Of a stretch of 62,233 bases of DNA, positions 52,201 through 62,233 are shown piece by piece; within the stretch, counting starts at the first letter, position 1, and the number at the start of each line of letters is the position of its first letter. Made by a program: the position numbers and the translations under genes. The DNA comes from Aplysia californica (lineage: Eukaryota), in NCBI RefSeq assembly GCF_000002075.1, contig NW_004797560.1:490535-552767 (forward strand), written 5' to 3'. The notes under the pieces were generated by a model. The model did not search any database. It worked only from the letters and a program-made list of their open reading frames with translations, and was not told where the DNA came from.

Positions 52201-55200
52201 TTGGAGTATGCCACTGGTGAGTTCTATTTTCTTTTTTGTTTCCCTTTGTCATTTCTGTCTGTCTTTCATTTTTTTTTTTCCCCACGCTTGATGATGATTG
52301 TTTTTCAGTGTTCTTCTCTTAACTCGAACATTTCAGTTTTCAATGCACTAAGGAAGAAGAATTTTATAGTGATAATGGATAAGATGTACTTTTGAAATGA
52401 AATGCAGACATTGGCCTTGAACCTAATTGTAAATGTACAGTCTAGAATGGACATATCAAAATCGACTGGATGCAGTAATATTTTCTTGCTATAAATACAA
52501 AGAATATGTAAGAAAAAGTTTGGGAACTGAAATTCTGTTGATTATGTGTGTTTGGCAATGTATGAGTATGTGTTTTGCTATATATGTTTGCTGTATTATA
52601 ATTTGTCTGTCTGAGAGTTAGCTTGGTTTGTTTGTATTTCTAGAATTCCGCCGTCAATCTCAGGAGGATCGGGATCTTCACCAGGACAGCGGGTGCGGTC
52701 GGCAGCCGTCAACGGCCAGGAACAGTATGCTAATAAACTCAAGAAAATAAGGCGGGCCATAAAAGATACCATTTTTGTACGTTACTGTCACATTTTGTTG
52801 GAACTGGATAGATACAGAAATTGTAGATTTAATTATCTTAAGATGAAAATTCTGCCTTCGCTTTGGTTTTCATTCTCTTTAAAACNNNNNNNNNNNNNNN
52901 NNNNNNNNNNNNNNNNNNNNNNNNNNNNNNNNNNNNNNNNNNNNNNNNNNNNNNNNNNNNNNNNNNNNNNNNNNNNNNNNNNNNNNNNNNNNNNNNNNNN
53001 NNNNNNNNNNNNNNNNNNNNNNNNNNNNNNNNNNNNNNNNNNNNNNNNNNNNNNNNNNNNNNNNNNNNNNNNNNNNNNNNNNNNNNNNNNNNNNNNNNNN
53101 NNNNNNNNNNTTCCATATTTTCTAAAGGAAAGGGAAGTATAATCTTAAATTTCAACTTTTGAAATGAGCTGGAAAAGGGTGTGTTTTTCCTCTTCCCTTC
53201 CATTTGTTAAGTTCTGCTGATTGCATGAGGTTTTGGCAGAGTCTACTCAGATGCCCATGCCTGGTGTAGTTTTACGTTGATTTTCTTTCCTTCAGCTCAG
53301 AGTTGAAATTACAACTAATTCTAATTTAGTTGGACACAGATAGCATGAACACAGAAAACTCTAAATCGCAGATAGCTCTTCAAATTTGACATTCCCTGAC
53401 TGATATCACTTTTATTTTTCATTATCGGTTTTAACCGAAATTATAGATGTGTCGAACACGTTTGTCAGTCCCCGACATATTTGAATTATCCGTGCACAAC
53501 TGTGCTACCAGCAGCTTTTATATTGCTCATATCCTCACTGTACAGCTTGCTTTATAACTGTTACCCCATCTGACTTTGAAGTACTCAGAAACATTCTCAG
53601 CATCCCGGGAAGCAAGCTGTTTATTGCTCATGCTTAAACACTTAACAAACTGACCTGGATCGATAACAACAAACACAAACAAACTGGCAAGATCTATGGA
53701 CGGATGTGAGTTGTAATTCTGTAACGTCTCTCTTCTGCCAGGTGAACGGTGCAGTCTGTGATGAGGTGCTGAGGACGGAAGAAAAATTGGCGAAAGCGAA
53801 AGAGGAGAGGAGGTATAGCTATTGTTATAGAGATTTTGTCCATGTCTAGTTTTGTAGCCATGATTCATTATCATCTCTTTCTATCTCTCAGGAATGCTAT
53901 CCTTCAGAGAGGCAGTTTTTCTGTACCCCCCTTCCCCCCCCCCCTTTCCCCACCCCGTTATTTTCACTAGAAGAAAGGTCAATAATCTGAACATCTGTTT
54001 TCTGTTTAACCCCGTCTTAGTTTTCTATTAAGCGTCTTTTTGTTTGCAAAAATAACTTTGTAAATGTTCACAAAATCTTCTATGTAAATGTTGTTCTCTG
54101 CCATCGTTGAACAAGTTTTTTCCTTCAGATAAAAGTTAATCTTTTTAGTTTGTTGATATTTTTTCCAGTTATGAAGAAGAGAGAGAGGAAAAAGTTAAAG
54201 AGCACAACTGCTAGGCCCTAACTCTTAACGTCTTTACTTTCCCAATGTTGTTTCAGTTTGTCTGTTTTACTCTATCTCTTCTGTAAATGATGGTTATTGT
54301 GTCGGTGTGCTTCTCTTCACTCAGACTCGTATTAAATGAGTTCAGAGCTAGCTAGTTTCTTCAGACGTACTGTTGAAATTGTTACCTTCTAAGAGGACCA
54401 CCTGTTGTTAAGGAGAAAAATGATTATCTTAGACAGGTGGACGCAGTATGTGGGTGGTTGGCGGGTTCTCTGGTGTGGTTTGCTTCTTCTTTCCTATCAA
54501 ACATCTATCGTCCTTATCTCTCCTCCTTTTTTCTATGTTTGTTACTCTCTTGTAACACCTTTAATCTTCGGCACTTATATGACCTTATTGTGTTGCGAGT
54601 GCCGTAAAACTCTTACTAAAACAAAAAAACGACGACAGTACGCAGTGTTGTTATAATGTACAAAAATAATGGCAAGGGAGGAAATAGGAAGTGTCCGTTT
54701 TTACAGGTGACTTTCTTATACAGGTAGCCATTAGAGCAGGGTTTTTTTTCTTTATTTATATAGATGTTCTTCTCATCCTTACTTTCATCATTTTTCCTCT
54801 GCTTCTTTTGTATGTTTGTCACTCTCTTGTGAATTGCTATTTTATAGGTGCCTTGATTGTCGAAGCAGACTTTGTGCTGTTGAGGCTAGAGAGGTGAGCA
54901 GAGTAAGCCTGATTCCCTGTTTGGATTTATCTGTTGACATCCACCCCTTGGCACTCAGATGACCTTATGCAGTTGCGAGTGCTGTAAAGCCTTACTAAAA
55001 CGAAACAAACTGGATGTTTTTCTCTTTTCTCCAAGTCTAATAACTACAACTGAGATATTTGTCATGTTCCAGGTTCTTGTTGAGAAAGTTGCTCCAGTAC
55101 CAGTCGGTCACAGACACCCCCACAGCCACCGTCAAGACAGAGTCTCAAGCTACTCCGGCCAGACAACCCAAGACTCCTGCAGGTTGGTTCTCTCACAGCC

Positions 55201-58200
55201 TACTCAGATTTTTCGTGAAATCAGAGAATTATAGGACTGACGATAATAATAAATAGCATTTGTGTAGCCCATATCACTGCTCAACAGCAGGCTCCATTCG
55301 TTTTTACGCTTTATTACCCCTTTAGACCTAAGAACACTCTTAAATGTGGGTGCTCTGGTGTGGGTTGCTCCCTCTTTCCCATCAAACATTTGTCATCCTT
55401 ATCTCCCTACCTTTAAAAAATAAAATTATGTTATTCTCTAGTAATACTTCCAATCTATGGCACTTATACGACCTAATTGAGTTACAAGTGCCATAAAACT
55501 CATCCTTAAACTACCCCCCCCCCCAAATTGTTTAAATCACAAGTTATTGACCTCTCATTGGAAAAAAAATTGAAAGTGTTTTTTCCTCAGATTCTGTGGC
55601 ATAAAGTGTAGGCCTTCATAAAAGGCATCATATCGACATATCAGTCTCATCCATACACTCATTCCCTCCCTCATTAAATAACCTCTCCCCCCTCCCCTCA
55701 CCTCACTAACACTGGTACAGGTGTAACTAAACTTCCAGGAGTGCTTCTGTCCTCTCTGGGTTTTTTGGGTTTTCTTGGAAGTAAAGATAATTTCAAGTGA
55801 CTTTTTGATCTTGTTTTTCCAGGTTCCCTGGACCCCATGGCCTCAGAAACGAGTGGAAAGCCCAGTAAGGGAGTGAAGCGTAAAGCGGCAGGGGCCAGCC
55901 CTGTGGGTGCTGGGATTTCTCCCTCTGCCAGTCTCGCCTCGCTGTCTCGGCCCGGGGATGCCAAGAAAAAGGCGCCACAGTCGGCCAAAGAGATCTTGGG
56001 TAATGTTGCTCTTCACTTCTGCGCTAGAATACGTATGGAAAGTTTTTGAACATTTGTTAAAAAATGTTATTTTGATGAGCAGGCGATTTCACCTCGATGC
56101 CACCTATTCAATTCGATGATCAAGGTCCTGATCAGGTTACAGACGCATCTTCCGAATTTTTCTCCTGTATGGTGGCATGGCTGCTGACCAGATGAACTGA
56201 CTACACAGGTCAAAGTTCTGGCATACGCTGACAAAACGCCTTTTTAAAAAATTCACAGTACAGTCGAACCTGCCCTGACGGCCACCTGTACGAATGGCCA
56301 CTTTCCATTTCCCCCCTTGCATTTTTTCTATATAATTTAACTGTAAAATGGGCATCTGTCCAACACTGCCGCTGCCACCATATTTATTTAAACACACAAC
56401 CCCTATCACACCAAGCAATAACACCTGTCTTAGGCGGCCACCTTAGTGACTCCATTACGTTTTGTCATAAATTGTGCATTGTCCCCTGGCGTTGTGGGCG
56501 AGCCGTCATAATTCAATCACCTGTCGTTGTTGTTAGGTAGTCCCTCCAACCGATCATGTCGTGCAGGCCCCTCCTGCTGTTGACCAATAGGTGACAAATG
56601 TTCATCTGCCTGTGAGGTAAGCGTGTGATCCCTCATAACCCCCTTCATCTCCCCAGATTCGTAACAAGTTGCAGTTTCAACATTACTAACTACTCCCATC
56701 TTCCGTCTGTCCAAATTCATTACAAGTTGCAATTTCAACTTTACTTTCCCCCCCCCCCATCCCCCCATCTCACCAGATTCGTTACAAGTGCGCCCCAAGA
56801 AGAGCAAAGGTGTCAACAGGAAGGTCATCCCTCCCCTCATGTTGGATTCTCTGGGCCGGCCCGTGTTCCCCATGGCCTTAGGGGACGTCACACTACACAG
56901 TATAGGGGAGGTACGTCTCTTTGTCTGTCTGTCCGTGTTCCATGTCTGTCTTTTGGAAGGACGGTCAGTCAGTTGATCTGTCTGTCTGTTGGTCTGTTGA
57001 TATATGTCAGTCTGTGTGTCTGTCTGTTTGTCGGGTAGGTACATGTCATGATAACACAGGCTGTGAAGTTCGAAAGAAACACTTTATTTTACATGTGGGT
57101 AGTTGGCAGGTGCTCTGGTGTGATTTGCCCCTTCTCTGTCAAACATCTATTATCTGAATCTCTAGTAATAACACCTCTAATCTTCGGCACTTGTATGACT
57201 TATTTGTATTGCAAATGCCGTAAAGCGCTTACTAAGATTAAAACTTATTTTACAGCCGAAATTGTAGAGTAGCACTGTACACATAATTTGCTATTTGACT
57301 CGGTCCTTTTTTAAATGGACGTTAAACTCAGAGGTCCCGTCTCTTAGATAACCTAATGGTATTGATCTAGGCGTTAAACCCATACCATACCATTCCAGAT
57401 TGTCCCGGACCGCCTGAGCTTCCACTGCCCAGACTCCATCTACCCAGTGGGTTACTGTATCACACGTGTCTACGCCAGTCTGCACAAACTTGACACCAAA
57501 TGTCTCTACACCTGCAAGATCTCCGACAACAATGATGGACCTTTGGTTTGTGATTTGTTTGTTAGTTTGCTTGTTGATTAAAAAAAAAATCTTTGGGGGT
57601 TTTTTTTGCTGCATAGTTTCGTTTTGTTTAATTTTGTCTTTGTTTTAATAATTATGATGATAGTAATAATGATAATAATAATTGTAACAATAATAACAGA
57701 AATAATAATAATAGTAATAATGATAGCATTATCAATACTAATAATACTGATAACAACAGTAATGATGATAAGAATTTACATAGTGTTAATCCCTAGTAGG
57801 CTGTAAGTGCTGCAGGTTCGAAGGTATTTAAAATAACAAAATCTGGACCTGAATCTCTTCCCAGTTTGAGATAGCGGCAGAAGACAGCTCCGACATCGTG
57901 TTCAAGGCCACCACCCCCACAGAGTGTCATAGCTTGTTGCTGAGGGCTGTCAACAAATCGAGGTAAAGCTGAGAGTTGTTTTATTGTTGTGGGTTTCCTT
58001 TCTGTTGTGCTTGTTGATATTGTTGTTGTGTGACTTTTTCTGTCCCTTCAGAACTTTTCCTGTTTGACAAATTATCTTTCCTTTAGTAATTTTTTCTGTC
58101 TATTTACTCTTTTTTCTGTTGTGTTGTTGTTGTCAGTTTTTCTGTTCCTTCGGTAACCTTTCCTCTTTCACTAGTGACCTTTTCTATCTCTTCAGTATAA

Positions 58201-59599
58201 CCTCTTCAGTAAACTTTTCTGTGGGTGGTTGGCGGGTGCTCTGGTGTGGTTTGCTCCTTCTTTCCTATCAGACATCTATCCTCTTGTCTCCCCTTCTTCT
58301 TTTTTATGTTTGTTACTCTCTTGTAACACCTCTAATCTTCTGGCGCTCATATGACCTTATGCAGTTGCGAGTGCCGTAAAACCTCTACTAAAAAAAACCC
58401 AACTTTTCTGTCCATTTATTTACTCTTTCCTTTCCTTCCATTAACCCTGTGGCTCTTCTTGTTTTGACAGGGGAGAGATTCTGCCTACCGAAGGTCGAGG
58501 GTTGGATTTCTTCGGCCTGTCTCACCCGGTCATCCAGAACCTGGTCCAGTCGTGCCCCGGTGCCCGCAAGTGTTCCCGCTACAAGTGGGTCAAGTTTGAG
58601 ATCAACAAGGCGGAGACCAACGACAACGTGGCCGTGGGGGTCACTGACCCTTGTGTCAGCTACGACGCCTTGAAGATGCACATGATTGCCAGTGAGTGAT
58701 GTGATTACTTGTGAGTGGGGTATGATTGTTAGTGGATGGTATGATTGCTAGTGAGTGATGTGATTGCTTGTGAGTGGATAGAATTGCGAGTGGGTGGTGC
58801 TATTGCTAGTGGGAGATATGATTGCTAGTGAGTGGTAAGATTGTTTGTTTGAGTTATGATTGCTAGTCATCAAGTGAACGATTGTAAGAAGGTGAAGAAT
58901 AATTGCAAGTACCTGACATTATTTTCAGTCAATGAATGATTGTCAGATAGTGAATGATTTCCAGTAAATTACATGATTCTCCATTATAGTTTTCTAAATT
59001 ATTTTGAGAGGGGCAAAAAAAATAAATAAAGATGAACATTTTGAGAAATACAGTCAAACTCGGATGTAACAGAACAGATGGGACCAGCAGTTTTTCCCAG
59101 TTATAACCGTTATCAAGAGAAAGTACCAGTACCATATATATTTATATATATTATATATATATATATATATATATTCGATTACCGCAGATCCTTTTCCAGT
59201 GGGCTGTTTTGCTGACACAGACGGAATGGTTCAGTGACCCTAACATTATGGGTGGTATGTGTTTAGGCCAGTGATCAAACCAACAGGTGAAATGTCTTGG
59301 TTGATACAAATTCTAGTAATTAATCTTGACTGTTCGAAAGCATGTTCATGCATTGCAAGATCACTATTGAATCCGAGTCTGCGCAAATTGAACCCTGTTA
59401 TATCCAAGATCCTGTAATAACAGAAGCTGTTACTGTTATAAATGGACTGGACTGTATTGAAATTCTTTTCTTGTTTTCTCTCTCCCTCTCAACAGTTGGT
59501 CAAAGCCGACCCGGCCAGAACCTGGCGGCCCATGTGGAGCAGTCGACAAATCTACGCTCTTTGCTTACCAAGGGCAGCGGTCAGGGATCTAGCTCATGA
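46520..59599 (+). CDS. TBRG1: Transforming growth factor beta regulator 1 (FYRN/FYRC domains), 11 exons, 459 aa
   Basis: Exons 46520-46564, 51289-51428, 52644-52776, 53742-53812, 55073-55182, 55823-55999, 56777-56910, 57399-57545, 57865-57962, 58471-58691, 59496-59599 sum to 1380 nt in frame, all GT-AG. Coiled coil NGAVCDEVLRTEEKLAKAKEERRFLLRKLLQ, FYRN IYPVGYCITRVYAS...YTCKI, FYRC DFFGLSHPVIQNLVQSCPGARKC. Exons 1-2 rest on splice sites and phase only. Confidence 0.92.
47332..47960. mobile_element. Palindrome-rich MITE with 9-bp TSD (Mutator- or Merlin-type) in TBRG1 intron 1
   Basis: TIRs ggaagaggctagccgtacttaa / ttaagtacggctagccacttcg; TSD ttacggaaa at 47323-47331 and 47961-47969. Confidence 0.8.
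48565..51219 (-). mobile_element. hAT transposon of Buster/Charlie type (ZBED5/SCAND3-like transposase, decayed) in TBRG1 intron 1
   Basis: Perfect 14-bp TIRs cagtggttttcaaa / tttgaaaaccactg; 8-bp TSD ctctagac (48557-48564, 51220-51227) with central TA; motifs KHHAIGEDLILPA, ATDGAPSMAG, CVIHRHNL, FPASYLVERGFS. Confidence 0.95.
52644..52776 (+). CDS. TBRG1: TBRG1 exon 3
   Basis: ttctag acceptor, ...QEQYANKLKKIRRAIKDTIF, gtacgt donor. Confidence 0.85.
53742..53812 (+). CDS. TBRG1: TBRG1 exon 4
   Basis: VNGAVCDEVLRTEEKLAKAKEER, canonical splice sites. Confidence 0.88.
56777..56910 (+). CDS. TBRG1: TBRG1 exon 7 (start of FYRN)
   Basis: ...LDSLGRPVFPMALGDVTLHSIGE, gtacgt donor. Confidence 0.88.
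57399..57545 (+). CDS. TBRG1: TBRG1 exon 8 (FYRN)
   Basis: IVPDRLSFHCPDSIYPVGYCITRVYASLHKLDTKCLYTCKISDNNDGPL. Confidence 0.9.
58471..58691 (+). CDS. TBRG1: TBRG1 exon 10 (FYRC)
   Basis: GLDFFGLSHPVIQNLVQSCPGARKCSRYKWVKFE. Confidence 0.9.
58682..58866 (+). repeat. Short-period tandem repeat copied from the TBRG1 exon 10 donor
   Basis: Recurrent atgattgctagtgagtg; the first unit is the real ATGATTGCCA|gtgagt junction. Confidence 0.8.
59051..59454. mobile_element. pogo/Tigger-like MITE in TBRG1 intron 10
   Basis: ta|cagtcaaactc ... ggactggactg|ta (TA TSD, degenerate TIRs); similar ends at about 14830 and 56260. Confidence 0.5.
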
Positions 59600-59622
59600 C
59601 TGGACGACTGAATGACCCTTCT

Positions 59623-59667
<45 letters not shown>

Positions 59668-59971
59668 GGAGTTACCTTTTTGGAAGTTAAAAACAACTTT
59701 CTGTGTTGGGGGAGTTATGATTTTTTAAGTGGGAACAAACAAGTTTGCATGTGAGGGAGTTACGATTTTCTTTCTTGTCTCAAGTTCATGACTCTGCAGA
59801 GTAGACTCCAGCAGCATCCCTAGTAGCCAGCGTCCTAGCTGTTATGGAGAGAAAGTCAAAAAAGAAAAAATTAGTTGCTATCTCGCACAGTTTCAACTTT
59901 TTATTCCCAAGTTCACCACTGTGTGGAGTAGTAGTGTAGTTTCATTATTTTCTAACATAGTTTCAGTAACA

Positions 59972-60225
59972 ACCGGCATTTGTGGTGTGGTGGTTAGGCA
60001 CTGTGCCGTCGCTCACGGGAAACCGGAATTCTATTCCCAAGTGGTGAGAATAATATTGAGTATCTCGGCCTCTCTGCTGGGATGTTGTATCCCTCTCAGC
60101 CCGGGTCTGTCTGCTGGGATGTTGTATGCCTCTCAGTCTGGGTTGCCCCTGACAGGCAGGGTTGGAACCTGCCTCCTGAATGATTTAAATTGTGTTGATG
60201 GGGCGTTAAAAACCTACTACATTAA
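59972..60225 (+). mobile_element. SINE-like repeat; relatives on the - strand at about 13460-13620 and 15670-15830
   Basis: tRNA-like head ggtgtggtggttagg; shared gctgggatgttg...ctcagc and aattgtgttgatggggcgttaaaa tail. Confidence 0.5.
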
Positions 60226-62181
60226 CACTGAAAAACACACCAAAAAAATTGACTAGGGCTCAAGCCCAAGTTTGGAATAAACAAAGAGGTTGTATATGAT
60301 ACTAGAGCTTGCGGCCGTATTGTCACATGTTTGTGTCGGACCTTCATAGGGCATGGCCGGCCCGCCCTGATTTGAATGAACACTCTGATCTCCCTCCCAG
60401 CTTCCTTCGAGCTTTAGTAATAACGCTTCTCAGACCCCATTATTTCAGTGCAAGCTTGTAGATTTTCCCCTTAGACTGCCCAGACGCCCCCACATGAGTC
60501 TCAAAAAGTACTCACTTGTCTGTGGAACTGCGCTCATGACGCCCTTGAGGTTCAGTATCCCAGAGTGGGCACACGCTGCCCCCGTTTGTTTACATGGGCG
60601 GCATCACTGCCACGAAGTCTAGTACTAAATAAAACCTCTTTGGGAATAAGTTCATGGGCCATTGCTTGAAATATGAAACGAAACTGGCACAAATTATGTG
60701 GGGATGATGACGACCTGCCGAAAAATTCTTAAAAGTGATCCAGCTGGCCTTTTTTAAAATAGTTTTATTTGTTAGAGGTAGAGAATAATAATATAACCAG
60801 AAAGAATGAGTCTGTCAATGCTTAGAATTTTCCACAGCAAGTCGTCATCCTCACATTACTTGTGTCGCTAACGTTTCTTCATTTGTCATGGAATGTCCTT
60901 ATTTAGACAAGTTTTCTTTAGTTTTAGTAAGAGTTTTGCGACTCTTGCAACACAAGTAGATCATATCAGTGTCTATTTTAGATATGTTACTAGACAACAA
61001 GACACAAGGTAAAGCCTGAGAGATATGGGCGATAGATTTTTTGTACATGTATAGGAAAGAAAGAGCAAACCACATTAACGCACCCATCGACCGCCTACAA
61101 TCTAGACGAGCACAAGATCAGGCAGTGAAGAATTTTTTAAAAAAGCATAAATTATTGGGTATTTTACCTTATTATGTTTGTTATGCAATATTGTCATATT
61201 TCTTTATGCATGACTTTATGTATATAATTGAATGAATAAAGTTGATCTACTATCCTTGTTTTCAAGTTCATTTCATCTATAATTATCAATCTGCATGTAT
61301 GTTTACTGCTTTGATCATTCATTCTTCTTCTCAGTTTGGTGTTTTTTTTAATACAACTAGAAGGTTAGTTAGATAGGAGCTACGTTGTTGGAGAGTTTCT
61401 GATGCTGAGAAATTGGATGACCAAACTGGCTGCACACGAAGGAGGAATATTCTATCCTTAACTATACGAAAAACAGAGTTACCCGTTATTACGAATTTGG
61501 CAAGATTGTGACGATTTTTGTTTAATTTCACGAAAATACGATCGTAAAATACCTCCGATTCTGATTTTTTAAAAGTTCGGCTGTCCAACAAACTCACTGG
61601 CCTCTGCCAACCTTCCTGGTGTACAAGAGTAGAAAAACTACCAGACCCGGACAGTCTACATCACCATGACACGTGCAGATTTTTAACTTAAGCAGCTTCT
61701 TTGCCTTGAGCCGCTGTAGTCTCTCGGCGCATCTTTGCCCTAACAAAAGTGTAAGACTTTAGAAGTGCCAAATCCAGGAAGAAGATTAGGTTGACAAGGT
61801 GCCTTTTGTGCTGTGTGTGACACCCAAGGCCAGTGAGAGAGATTTTTTAATGGATCATTGTTTGAAACTTAATACAATAGCCCATTTTTTTGTCCCTTTT
61901 TTTGTAACTCGACCAGTGACGAAAATGCGATCGCAATACCCCTGATTCTGATTTTTTAATAATTTCGGCTATCCAATCTCACTGACAACCTTCCCGGTGG
62001 ATAAGGGGAGGGAAACTACCACCAGACCCAAGACTGCTTTTTTTTTTACCATGCTTTTGTTTGCGTTACTTTGTTTATACTTGCCTGGCTACAACCCCTG
62101 TCCTTGATTGTGACTCTCCAGAGAAAAAGACGATTCACGGCCATATTGCGAATTTTTAGCCAGATTACTAATTTTGTATTT

Positions 62182-62233
<52 letters not shown>

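Noticed and set aside
61500-62040. Degenerate direct repeat (about 61525-61655 vs 61915-62035)
   Set aside because: Probably internal repeats of an unclassified transposon; no ends, TSD or ORF to support a call

Overview
Animal genomic DNA from a draft scaffold with several N-gaps; the repeat landscape suggests a gastropod mollusc, but that is inference. Four host coding regions are supported. (1) The last exon of an unidentified + strand gene (68-175). (2) A - strand DDAH-family gene whose final exon exists as two paralogous alternatives (12746-12886 and 10153-10338), both with Ser where DDAH1 has its catalytic Cys. (3) An intact 333-aa ISXO2/Merlin-type transposase ORF (44762-45763, -) with a D-to-N change in the DDE triad. 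(4) An 11-exon TBRG1 gene (46520-59599, +, 459 aa) lying head-to-head with that ORF. The rest is transposon-rich: a decayed Academ element split by a hAT with an exact 8-bp TSD, a Buster-type hAT inserted in a SINE in TBRG1 intron 1, RTE and other LINE fragments, SINEs, MITEs and minisatellites, several of which begin at exon boundaries. Two tandem duplications (about 2.2 and 3.3 kb), each straddling a 100-N gap, look like uncollapsed haplotypes. Exons were read and phased by eye; no database searches were run.
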